Assembly: GCF_001447785.1 (NCBI RefSeq)
Contig: NW_015169174.1
Location: forward strand, 2,224,643 to 2,288,642
DNA from: Gekko japonicus
Taxonomy: Eukaryota
Direction: 5' to 3'
Length of the DNA: 64,000 bases
The notes beneath the pieces are model-generated. The model saw only the letters and a program-made list of their open reading frames with translations, was not told the origin of the DNA and searched no databases. Of the stretch, positions 50,270-62,657 are shown in pieces (within the stretch, counting starts at the first letter, position 1; each line of letters begins with the position of its first letter). The position numbers and the translations under genes were made by a program.

Positions 50270-50639
50270 TTTGTCCACACAGTCCCACAGTCCTTGAAAT
50301 CAATTTCCAGGAATCGGAAAGGACTTCTAGGGAAAAAGGAATACAACAAAAATACACTTCTACCAGTGCCTTCTAGTGACATATCACTGGATACAATCAA
50401 TTCTATAAGTAACAATGAAACTGACAATTTTGTTTAAAACCTGAAGTGATTAGGTATGCATAATTTTAGCTATCTAACAACTAGTAGTTATTGGTTGAAC
50501 AGAATGTATTGGGTGTTGCCCACACTTTGCACTTTAATAGCTGGCTTTTATATTCAACTATAAAAGACAGATGGGCACCTGTGCTTCTTTTGTGTGGCCT
50601 TGATTTAATTCTCTTTCTTGAAGTGGAAGCACTGTGTTT

Positions 50640-52330
50640 CTCACCATGTTATTATTATTTTTTTTTGGCCCTACCTGGTCATTGAGACACAAGGCGGATT
50701 AAACAGAGTAACTCAATGTAATCAATAGGATGAGACATCTAATAAGCAACATAATAGGACTACAATTATGGCAGTCTGAAATGAAATATCAGCTATACGT
50801 TAAGCCCTGCAGAAAATGGTATTACAGATGAATAAAAACAAAGCAGTGGGAATAGGGTAATATATACAGCAAACAGGTAATACATACTATACACAGTAGC
50901 ATAGTTCACAGTCCCATTCCTTTATAAAAGTACCTTCTTGAACCATTTTGTAATAATACAGCTATGTTACTTTATGAAAATACCTGCCAGAACAATTCTA
51001 TTTTAATAGCTGGCAGAACAACAGGCATGTGGAGGCCTTCCTGAACACCACAGGCAGGCTACTGCACAAGGTGGGGGCCACAACAGAGAATGCATATGTA
51101 CAGGCAACTATTGATCTTGCCCATTTGCAGGGTGGGACCTACAGAAGGACAAGATCAGATGAGTGAAGCTGTCATGGTGGAGAATAGCGGGACTCACGGT
51201 ATTGTAGATAAAAGAGCCCAAGGCCATGAAGAACTTTGTATGTGATAACCAGAATCTTGAATTGAATCTGGTAACTGATGGGCAGCCAGCAGACTGACTG
51301 CAAAATGGGTTTAATATGCATGCTCTGGCTAACTGCTGATAATAGCTGAGCTGCAGCATTATTTACCAACTGGAGTCTCCAAGCTAACTTCAAGGGAAGA
51401 TCCACGTAGGGTACATTACAACAGTCTAGTCTCAGTGGCATGGATCCAGGAGGCCAGATTAGCCAAGTCAACAAAAGACCATCTTCTGGGCTAAATGAAG
51501 TCAGCCCCATAGCCAGAAATTTTGGGTTGCTGGGGCATGGGGAAATTTTGTGGTGCAGCAGGGGAAGGGGAGGAGGGAGGGGGAGGGGTGGTCACACACC
51601 TTCCCTGAACTCCAAGTGGGATCAGGTGCAGGCAGCCCCCACTAGAAAAATAGCATTTAAAGGGAACCAGTTAAATGCTGTTTTTCTAGCAGAGGCTGCC
51701 TGTGCCTGGAGTTCAGGGAAGGCGTGCAGCTGGCAGCTGCCCCTCTTCCTCCCCTACTGCAAGATTTAAAGGGTCCACTGATCAGCTGGAGGGCCCTTTA
51801 AATCTTGGAGGAGGGGAGGGAGAGGGGCGACTGCAAGATTTAAAGGGCCCTCTAGCTGATCAGCGGGCCACATGCTCCTGCCAATCAGCTGAAGGGCCCT
51901 TTTAATGTCTCAGAGGGGAAGGAGGGGGGGAGAGGGGCAGCAGCTATTGTGGGGTGTGCCTCACATTTGAAGGGGCGGAGCCCTGAAGTGCTCCACCATA
52001 GCTATAGGCCTAATGAAGTTAGAACAAAGTGTTTTTTGCAGCTGCATTGATTTGCTTCTCCAGCAGAAATGCTGGATCCAGTGTATCCTCTAGGCTCCAA
52101 CTAAGCAAACCGAGCTGAATCCCATCAAAGGTGTGAAGCAAGATGCCCTTCAGATCTCAGCATTCCCAAGCAGCGCTACTTCCGACTTGTGAGGTTCAGT
52201 TTCAATGTATTTGCTATTTTAACCATAGCAGACAGGTAGTGGATCAAGACCTCTACTGTACCACCAGGAAATTCAGACAGAGATACAGAACTGGGTGTCC
52301 TCAGCATATTGATGATATTTCAAATTTAAA
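50640..52330 (-). mobile_element. Old L2 LINE 3' fragment
   Basis: RLDCCN...RLQLVNNAAAQLL...WLPISYQIQFKIL. Confidence 0.8.
51502..52011. mobile_element. GC-rich hAT MITE inserted in L2
   Basis: 8-bp TSD AATGAAGT (51494-51501, 52012-52019); termini CAGCCCCATAGC / GCTATAGGCCT; internal TTTAAAGGG repeats. Confidence 0.75.
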
Positions 52331-52454
52331 AATTATTTCTTTTAAAGGCTTTACATAAAGACTGGATAGCATGGGAGATAGGATTGCAATCTGAGGAACC
52401 TAAAGGACAAATGTGATACTGATGACAACTGGTTTCCAATAGCAACTCATTGAG

Positions 52455-52671
52455 TCACATGAACATACTTGAAGCTGTCTTATACTGAATGGGATCCTTT
52501 GTCCATCAAAGTCAGTATTGTCTACTCAGACTGGCAGCAGCTCTCCAGGGTCTCAGTCAGAAGTCTTTCACATGACTTACTCCCAGATTTGTGAACTGGA
52601 GATGCCCTGGATTGAACCTGGGGCCTTCTGCATGCTAAGCAGGTACTCTGCTACCGAGCCACAGCCCCTCC
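52455..52671 (-). mobile_element. tRNA-derived SINE (Squam2-like)
   Basis: Head GAGGGGCTGTGGCTCGGTAG...GGTTCAATCC on the minus strand; related fragments at about 18295-18390 and 10815-10910. Confidence 0.7.
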
Positions 52672-55600
52672 AGTCCGGTCTGTAAGAAATCATTTAAACC
52701 AATCCAAAACACATTGCCTTATATCTACTTTTCCCTTTAAACATCTCAATCACAAAATACAATATAAAAGAAGCAAATTAACTGAACCAGGACACTAACA
52801 GACAATCTAAACCATAGCAGCAAAGCCATAAGCATCAGTCCTGAACAATTTCTGAAACAGGTGTGTTTTTCTTGCTCACTGAATGATTATTCCATAGCTG
52901 AAAAGGCCCTATCTTGCATCCTAATCTGCTGCAGCTCAAAAGGCAGGGGGAAGCAACAGGGCCTCAGATGTTGATGAGAATCTAGTTTGTATACACAATT
53001 TCAGGTATCTCTTCAGAACATCCACAGCTTCAGGTAAAGGAGAAACAGAGATGAGTGCTACCATTTTAATGGGGAAAATATCTAGGTTTAAATTTTTGGC
53101 CAAGAGCTGACTCATCTACTCTGGCAAACTATTAAATGCAACAATGGAATTGAACAGGTCCTTAGCACACCTTGCTAGAGAATAAAGACTGTCAATCCCC
53201 CTCATTCATGTCTATCATTGTTAATAGCTACAATTTGTTTCTGGACGTGCAGTCACGTTAATTAAGTTAGCAAATCCAAAGATACATAAATGCTTTCATT
53301 AATATGAAAATTGAGCAAGCCAATGTATAGATATGCTTATTTAAGTTGGTAGCAAAAAAAGGAGGGAGAGAAGTAAGCCACTTATGATATAATCCATGTC
53401 ATAGCAGTTCTACTAGCCCAGTTCCTGGGTAGAAAAGGAAAGCAGAGCCTATTTGTCAATAAACTTGCCTTTTTTAATTCACCAGAAGCAGATTCTAAGA
53501 CTCAGTTGTCACTGCAACAGCCTTGTTCCAGTTACTAGGTCAGAGATGGTACTGCAGACATCAGGTAAGAGATAACAGCACAAGATTTTGAAGGGTGATT
53601 TCTTACAGAAGGCTTGCATTCCTTTGACTGTTATATGTATAACTATCTAGTACATTTTTTTAACACAACTGAAAGCAAATAGCTGCTTTGGCTGCTTTAT
53701 TGTTTGCAGAGCTGGGCACATGTATTACACACAGTCAGAAAAGGCTTGAGATACCCCAGCACCATCCATTCTCCTGCTAAAAATGATGAAATTCTCCCTT
53801 CTACTGAGCCAATAGGTTCGTTGTCCATTTATTTCATTAGGCTTAGAGTACCAGTGAAACTTACTTTCTGTCTGTCATCTGTAGTTGCCACAACAAGATG
53901 CAGCTTATCTGCATTACATTCATTTTGCAACACTGTTAACACAATCATTCCCAGTTCTGACAATGCAGGAACTTTCCATTTCCTCTTCAAAGATGTGCCA
54001 TTCTCCCGCAACAATATACATGTGTTGTGAGCGTGCATGTGTCTTAAATGCAAAGTTTAAAACAAGATTCTTTGGGGAGAATTGTTATACTAGATCTGAG
54101 ATGCTGACAGCAATTGCTAGAGCCTAGCTGCCGAAACATCTAAAACTTGGCCTTTAATAATCACCAAAGTAATATAGCACCAGGCCACATCTGAGCAGGG
54201 ACTCCCAACAGTGTCAGATTGTGTCAAACTGCAGGATTGTTATGGGATACGAGCAAATGTCCACACTTGTTTTACCCAATCAAATGTGAATTAGGCTCTA
54301 GATGTGAGCCTCCTGTGTATTAACCCACTGGCCTCCCCGTTATTACGACTACCACAGACCTTCACATTTGAAGGCTAATTTTAATTCAGCAATTTAAGCT
54401 GCTGCTGCAGATCTTTCTATACATTGTTCCATTCTCCCTTCTGATGATCCTTGTTTGAACTTTTACTCATGAGAAGTGCAACTGCGCAAGGGTCGTGAAG
54501 AAAAAAGATGCACACAACATGCAGACAGAGAAAACACACAGATATGGATATTGTGGGTACTAAGTTACACAGCATCATGAGGTGTCAAATCTTTATGTAT
54601 ACTTTACTAATGAAACACACACAAGTTTCTGGTGCAATTCTGCACAACAGATGAGAAATGGTAATACAATCCAACCTGCTTTAGCCATGCTTGGTATCCA
54701 GAAGATGTAAGTTGGAATCCATCTTTAGGCATGTGTATTCTGGGCTAGGAGAAAATAGACATAAGAGACCTACTTTTATATTGAGACCTGGCTACCCTAT
54801 CTTCCAGTACCAAACACATTCTTAAACATAATGATTAATTCCCCAGGAAAATGCCAGGTAAACTATGACCATTCTATAATTATAGAACCAAATTCTTCTA
54901 ACCAGCTCTAACCTTTAACGGAATTGTAGTTTCAACAGATACAAATGAATAAAGGGAAACATGAGCACTTCTCAATAAACTCTGTGTCTGGTCTTGGTTG
55001 GTTGGGCCAGAATTCTGATCCAGCCCTTCACGATTAAGGTAAGCCAAGCAGCTACATGCTCCTCCACTGATATCATTGAGCTGAGAACAGACTAAGACAT
55101 CCTAAGATCCCAGAAGTGATTAAACCAGGGGTCTCCATTAGGTAGCTTGTGAGCTAACAGTAGCTTGCCTGCCCACAGAAGCCCCAGGAGAAGTCTGTGA
55201 AAAGATGAGTTCTAGACTTTTAAAAAAAGATTTCATAGGATTTTCTCTGTGCTGCTTAACTAACAGTTCCATTTCTGGTGCTTTATTTCAGCACCCATTT
55301 CTAGAACAGAACAAAATTAAGTAACATGCTGGGAGGCACATGGGAGTAGCTGGGGATAGTCTTCATTACTCAGCAATACCTTTCATTCAAGAAAAGGTTG
55401 GTGAGTCCTGAACTAGACTAAAAAAAACCATGCCAGGTTGCCCAGAATCTTAAAATTTGATGAAGTACCTACATTTGTGGAACACTGAGTCAGGTCTAGT
55501 GATTTGGTACTAGTACCCAGCAGTCAAGACATATTTTCTGGAACAGTAATAGAAGAATGCAATCTGTGATCATCCATTTTATAGTACACCACAAGTAAGA

Positions 55601-56057
55601 AAGGAGTGAAGGTACACTTGTTAGCCAAAATGAAGTTGAGTAAAATAAAAAGATATGACAAAAACCAGGAAGCTTGCTAAATATACCAGGAATAGCAAAT
55701 GCCAATTCAGTGTATAAACTACCTTTATATATTCCACCAATGAAAACATACAATTTCCCCCCAATTCACTCTAACAGTTCTCTGTTGTATTTGCATGCCA
55801 CACTTCTTCCAAATAACATGCGGTTTCCGGGCAGTTTCTAGCCCAGGAATACAACATCCTCTGTCTATTATCAGGGCTGAACTCTACAGAATACTCCTAT
55901 CAAGCATTCTATCTACCCGCCTCTTCAAAGTCTTCCACAACCGTTGTGCTAACAGAGTGTTGTCTGAGACTGACTACTTACAGCTTCTTACCGCAAAACC
56001 CAACAAAATAAAATACCAAATTGGTAAAAAAAAAATACAGTAGGTTTCAGTACTATA

Positions 56058-56410
56058 AAGGTAAAGGTAAAGGTTCCCTTGCTCGAAAGCCAGTCGAGTC
56101 CAACTCTAGGGTTGCGGTGCTCATCTCCGTTTCAAAGCTGAAGAGCCAGCGCTGTCTGAAGATGTTTCCGTGGTCATGTGGCCGGCATGACTAAACACCA
56201 AGGCGCACGGAACGCTGTTACATTTCCACCGAAGTGGTACCTATTTATCTACTTGCAATTTCTTGCTTTCGAACTGCTAGGTTGGCAGGAGCTGGAACTA
56301 GAGACAGGAGCTCACTCCGTCATGCGGCAACTCGGGTCTTGAATTACTGAACTACTGACCTTCCACAGCCTGCAGTTTAGCGTCTTAACCACTTGAGCCA
56401 CCGCAGCTCC
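56058..56410 (-). mobile_element. Sauria SINE, full length
   Basis: 13-bp TSD TTTCAGTACTATA (56045-56057, 56411-56423); (ACCTTT)n tail. Confidence 0.95.
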
Positions 56411-57221
56411 TTTCAGTACTATAGTAATGGAATAAACCATTTGGTGTCAAGAGTCAAGCAGAATGGAAGAAAAGTTTACAAGCACTAAAAGTTACATTAA
56501 ACAAGAAAGCTTTCACTGTTGAAAAATTAAATCTCTCCTTATATATAATTCTCTTTTGGTGTGAACGTTCCACATGCTCCCACAGCACTTGGCTTGCTCA
56601 GCTGCCACTCTGAAGGTCTGCCAATCCCCTGGCTGCATTGCCTCGCTGTGTTGCCTCAGTCCCGCCCACAGAGCCAGCACCCAGCGTCTCGGCCTCAGTC
56701 TGGAGGGAGCCGGCGAAGGGGATGGATGCTCCACCGAGTGGAGGCTTAGGAGGCAGCACAGTGTGGCACAGGAAAGCTCCCCTCTGATTATGAGTGACGG
56801 GAATTCCCTTTTCTCCTCCACGCTTTCAACCACCACTCAAGAGTACTTGCATGCCATTGGCCAGGTGCTGGGTCTGCTCCTCTTCCCCGCCCACTTTCAC
56901 TTCAGCCCCTGTTCCCTGTCAGATTTACTGGCAGACAGCTCTCTCTCCCTTGACGAAGACACTTCTCTTGGCTCCTGGGTGGGACTAACTCTCCCCTCAG
57001 TGGCTGTTGGTAGGCAACCAAGCTTGCTTCTGTCAATAAAAAGACAAACAACTTCCAGCATAATCCCCTCCCCCGCCCACCACCAGCTTGGCCACTTTCC
57101 TGTCAGAATAAACTGAAAATGGCTCTCCTTTTTGGCTCCACCATGGCTGGCTAGCTAATGAGGTGGCCCAGCGACCATCACACCATTCTCTTCAAACCCC
57201 TGCTTTTTGGCTGACTTTCCC

Positions 57222-58115
57222 CTATGGTTGCCAATCTCCAGGTGGGACCTGGAGACCCCCCACTGTTGCAATTGATCTCCAGATGATCTCCAGAGATCAG
57301 TTCCCATGAAGAAAATGGCTGCTTTGGAGGGTAGACCCTATGGCATTATACCCTGCTGAGTCCTTCCATCCCCCCCCCAAAATGCTGCCCTCCACAGGAT
57401 CCACCCCCCAAAGTTCCAATTATTTCCCAAATCAGAGCTGGCAACTGTACTTTCTCCTCAGTGCCTGTTGCTAGGCAACCAAGCTTGGTTCTGTGAGTAG
57501 AAGAAGAAGAGAAGAGACTGGATTTATACCCCACCCTTCACTACCCAAAGGTGTCTCAGAGCGGCTTACTTTCCCTTCCCCTCCCTACAACAGACACCCT
57601 GTGAGGTAGTTGGGGCTGAGAGAGTTCTTGACAGAAACTGCTCTTTTTCAAGAACAGCTCTTATCAGAACTGTGGCTTGCCCAAGGTCATCCAGCCAGGT
57701 GCAAGTGGAGGAGTGGGGAATCAAACCTGGTTCTCCCAGATTAGAGTCCGTGCACTTAACCACTACACCAAACTGGCAGTACACCAAAAGGCCCTTTCCA
57801 CAGCTATGTTAGCCTTTGGGAGAAAACTCATTGGGGCCAGTCCTGATAGGGTTGCCAACTCCAGGCGAGGAATTTCTGGAGATTTGAGGGATGGAGCCTG
57901 GAGAGGGAGAGGCTTGAGGAGGGATGCAACCTCAGACAGGTGCAATGCCATACACTCTACCCTCCAAACCAGCCATTCCCTCCCAGGGAACCACTGTTGT
58001 CAATCTCCAGGTGAGGGTTGGAGATCACTCAAAATTACAACTGTTCTTCAGGTAGCAGAGATCAGTTACTCTGGAGAAAATGGTGGACTCTGTGTCATTA
58101 TACCCTGCTGAGGTC
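57222..58115. mobile_element. Two copies of a TAGGGTTGCCA-terminated hAT-like repeat (57222-57446, 57847-58115)
   Basis: GGTTGCCAA...GAAAATGG motifs, also seen at 40500-40945 and 41254-41340. Confidence 0.55.
57499..57777 (-). mobile_element. Squam3-like SINE
   Basis: Same sequence as the other copies. Confidence 0.88.
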
Positions 58116-60099
58116 ACCACAGCAAATTGTCACTGAGTGCCCAAAGCCATGGCACTCTCCCAGAGCCTCTTTGTAGAGCTCGTTGTATTTATTTCCACAA
58201 TGAGCTTTATTCCTAGTCATTTTATAAATGAGGCAACAAAATGAGCAGAAAAGGAAGTTATGGTAGAACGTAAATACTTTTTAAAAAGTGGAAATCCCAT
58301 TATTCAGAACTATTAGAACTCATCCCAAGTAACCAGTTCAAAGGAGATCTGAGGCACTCTTGCAACCTAAAATCCCAGGGGTCCTTTCAAATACAGACGA
58401 TAACCCAACACTGCTGTGCTATCCAACAACGTATGTCATGCATAAGCTTTAATAACCCAGACCGTGCTAGTGAACTTCGCTGTAAACATGTGACTGCCAT
58501 GACAATTTACATAGGACTTGCAGTAGTACTAGTCAACATTATGCGTTGGTGGTATACAAGATGCATACATGCCACACAAGTTTACAACCATGGGGCTGCC
58601 ATATTATCCAGTGTGTATTACCAACGTAACACCAGCCAAATTATAATTCTGTAATGCACCACAGCCTAAACCTTCATTTAATATGCAGCCTACTTCTAGA
58701 GCTGCCTTCTCAACCATCTCCCTTCCACGACATACTAAAGTCATTAGCTCATTCCAATTTCATACTGGTCATCTTTCCCTTGCAACCTTTAACTGACTTT
58801 TTGTTTTATTATCATCTTTATCCCTTCTTCCATTTTTAACTTAATGGATTGGAGTACTCTCTAGTGAGGTCTGAAAAGGCTGTCCTCTCATAATGAGGCA
58901 ATATTTTAAATTCTGTGGAATGTATTTGTTTTCTCCCTAAAAATCAGGCAGCCTTTAAAAGACAGACATTAAATTACAGGCCTCTGTTCCTATTTTCTAA
59001 GCCTAACACAACCCCTGAAGGCTTACAATATTTGAATCACAGCTGGAGCTGTGGTTACCATACAGTTTAAATATCAGCTTCTTTACTGTGCAATTTGTTT
59101 TAAAAATCAAATCAAGGGCTATGTCATAAACAAGTGCTAATTAAGTAGCAAGCAAGAATTGGGCTTTCTGTGCAAGAAAGGTTCTTAAATATCTGCCTCA
59201 CCACTCTCAGAAGAAAGAATAAATAAAGCCAGCTGGGAAAATTATGGGCCAAAACTGGCATGGGGAACAGAAGAAAAAAACATGGCTAACGTTAACTCTC
59301 CAGTAGTATTTCCTAAAACATGCGAGTCAGGAGGACTGCAGATTATGAAACACATCCTCTAGGTGAACAATGCCACGTTAGCGTGGCAATGAAAACTTTA
59401 TCATATACTTCTTAATAAGAGAACAAACCTATTTTCACCCAGCATCTCTATTTTAAACCAGTCAGTTCTGAAATGATAAGAAATTAAAAGCCACAGCTCT
59501 TTTTTGGCACTATGGAACAACTGCTGGGATGGCAGAATATTTATTATTTTTATGTCGTCCTTTGGACAGATGTATTTCTTCACAACAAGATCACGGTAAT
59601 TTATTATAATCCCCTATTTGGTAAATTTCATTTATTCTTAGCTAAATGCTTAGCTAAGAATAAATGAATTTTTAATACAGTTTTTAGAAACACTTGTCAC
59701 TGCTTCAGCATTTCCATTTAGTGAATAGGACTGATGTTTCTCTCAGCAGGGGGTGATATTTTAATGATGCAATGCTGCACTTCCTAGAAGACAGACAAGC
59801 CTCATGAGGCAGATTATAGGACTAAAGAAACTCAGATCCCATTAAAAGCAGACAGCTCCAGACCATTTTTAAAATTAATTTTGTTTAATGATAAAATGTG
59901 TTATAACAGGTGGGTAGCCAATTGTAAAATTAACCAAAACATAGTTAAAGGAACAGAAAAATGCTAGAAAAGCAAATACAATAGTGTTCCAGCTATCAAT
60001 TTGCTGCATGGCTTGGGGAAATATTGAGCACCTTTATATACCTTATTTCCCCTTGCTACAAATCAGATGCAACTGCCTCCTTCCTTTAAACTGTCATGA

Positions 60100-60862
60100 C
60101 TATGGAGAGCTGAAACAGGACCTCCGCAAACTGGGTGAGTAGGCGACAATGTGGCAAATGACTTCACTGTTGGTAAGTGTAAGGTGTTGCACACTGGAAC
60201 AAAAAAAAAAGACTGCTTAAGATATAGGCTAACAGCGACTGAACTTGCTGAGACTTGGAGGGGGAAAAGATCTTGGAGTCATAGTGGATAGCTCAATGAA
60301 AATGTCAACCTAGTGTGCTGCAACAGTGAAAAAAGCAAAAGTTAGGAATTATTAGGAAAGGGATTGAGAATAAAACAGCCGATGTTGTAATGCCCCTGTA
60401 TTCATCTATGGTGCAGCCTCATTTGGAATACTGTGTACAGTCTCCAAAAGGACATTGCAGAGCTGGAAAAAGTACAGAGGAGGGCAACCAAGATGATTAA
60501 GGGGTTGGAGCACCTTCCCTGTGAGGAAAGGCTGAAGAGTCTATGACTTTTCAGTCCGGAAAAGAGACAACTAAGGGGGACATGATGAGGTGGAGAGAGC
60601 TGACGAAGAACTTTTTCTCTCTCTCCCAAACTATAAGAATTCGAGGGCATCCGACGAAACTGATGAGCATTGGACAGTAGGTTCAGGATGGACAAAAGGG
60701 AACACTACTTTACATAGAGAGTGATTAAAATGTGAAATTCACTGCCAGAGCATGTAATGAGGACCACAGGAATAAACAACTTTAAAAGGGGAGTAAATAG
60801 ATTCATGGAGGATAAGTCTACCAGTGGCTACTAGCCATGGTAACTGAGGGAAACCTCCACAT

Positions 60863-60896
<34 letters not shown>

Positions 60897-60906
60897 GATG
60901 ATGATG

Positions 60907-60944
<38 letters not shown>

Positions 60945-61959
60945 TTCCATTTATTAATCGCTTTCCCCAGTGGGCTCAAAGCGATGTACAGATACTCCAT
61001 ATATAGACAAGGGACTAACAATGTTCGTAGGGGATAGGGAAGACAACATATATTGACTTTAATTGCACGCGCCGTCACTGCCCGGTGTAGACGTCTTCTG
61101 GCTGGCTCCATCATTTTCCCGCACGGCTACTTGCTGGCCAGGCCTCAGGACCCATATGTCAATCGCCACACTGCCACCGCCTGGCCAGAACATCCATTGC
61201 AGGCATTCTTTTTCGTAGCCAGGAAGCTGTTTTGCCTTTTAAAAGCCTTGACCAGGCATCTGACCATCAGCTAACGCCCTCCAAGAAGGGAGGTTGGCGT
61301 TCCCACCCTTGCTAAGGAGTGGTTCCCATTTTATCTACTCGCCGAAGCTTTCGAATCGCTGGGTGGACGATGACCTGGGGACAACAGGGTGGCTGCTCAC
61401 ATCGCGGGGCTTGAACTAGCACAGTTCAGATGTTAAGACAGTGGGATATACCCACTGTGCCACCGCTCCATTCAAAGGAAAAACTTCTCAAAGACAGGAC
61501 TCCTCCACATGTCCTTCAGTTTATCGCAGCAATACTGAAGAATAAACACTTAAAGCATGCTGCTACAAACCACTGTTTTAGAGAAGCAATTATACTGCGT
61601 AAAAGCCCAGCAATAAATTAAGATAAATAGTAAAATAATTAAATTGCAAGTCACTTGCACTGAAAGTCAGAGCAGCTGCCTCGACGTCATCTTGGGGCAA
61701 GGCCAAGTAATCGCTCTCTTCATCACCTTGCCCAAAGAGGGCAATTTGGAGACAGGGTGATAATTGGTTGCCACCTCTACATTCAGAGGCACTAATCCTC
61801 TGAATCCCAGAGCCAGGAGGCAACATCAGAGGGAGGCCTCAGCCACTATGTCCTGTTGTTGGCTGTCCAGAGGATCTGGATGGCTACTGTGTGACACAGG
61901 ATGCTAAACTAGATGGACCATTGGCCTGATTCAGCAGGGCTCTTCTTATGTTCTTATGG
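60100..61959 (+). mobile_element. CR1 LINE 3' fragment split by a ~0.9-kb insertion
   Basis: HLEYCVQ...[17 protein letters not shown]; tail TTCTTATGTTCTTATG; ACCTC(C/T)ACATT repeated at 60853 and 61773. Confidence 0.85.
60864..61469 (-). mobile_element. ~600-bp tRNA-headed SINE related to the Sauria SINE, with a long (ATT/ATC)n tail
   Basis: A box TGGCACAGTGG and B box GTTCAAGCC on the minus strand; Sauria-like TTCGAAAGC...GTAGATAAAATGGGAACC; trinucleotide tail at 60864-60945. Confidence 0.65.
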
Positions 61960-62056
61960 CATCTTAGTGGCATTTCACAACATCCCTGAAAGCTATACAT
62001 CAAGTTTTAACTTAAAGGTTACATTTCACAGTGTCTGGTAAAATCATGGGTATACG

Positions 62057-62356
62057 CAGAGGTCATTTCGGGGGGGATCGCAGTTCCCCCGGGTGAGGTA
62101 TGGGGGGGCGGGGCACATGAAGAAGCCCCACCCCCTGCTTCCGGCCGCCCCACCTCCGGCCCTCATTCAGCCAGGAGGAGGCAGAAGAGGGAGGGTAAGT
62201 TGCTTCCTCCCTACCTCTCCCCACCCCTGCCTGCCTGGGGCCAGGGAGGGCCTTCGCGGGGCTTCCTTGCATTCCTGTGATGTCAGGCGGTGTGGCATAT
62301 GCTAATGGGTTATGCTAATTATTTCCCCTAGCTCTTTTTCTACGAAACGACCCCTG
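62057..62356. mobile_element. hAT MITE with ATGCTAAT motifs
   Basis: TIR CAGAGGTCATTTCG / CGAAACGACCCCTG; TSD GGTATAC(G/C). Confidence 0.85.
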
Positions 62357-62626
62357 GGTATACCCCACAGAATGAATGAGTGTGTGTGTGTAAGTGAAAG
62401 GAAATAACTGTAACACAGCCAACTGTCTAGTTTTATGTGGCAAGCAAGAATCACCTGCAGGTGACCATTTATTTATTTTATTTATTATTTATAATTTGGA
62501 AGGGAGTTTGATTCCACTCCCCTGACTTTGGGGCCATCACTAAAAATGACTAACAGATATACATAAGCAGATAGGCTAGTAATATTTTTGATGGGCTAGT
62601 AAAATCTGTTCTACATTTGTATGCAC

Positions 62627-62627
<1 letters not shown>

Positions 62628-62657
<30 letters not shown>
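62628..62657. repeat. (TG)n microsatellite (others at ~3740, ~7937 and ~8152)
   Basis: Read directly from the sequence. Confidence 0.9.

Noticed and set aside
59550-59575. 26-nt plus-strand micro-exon-like site pair
   Set aside because: Antisense to BTRC with no partner exons; expected by chance.
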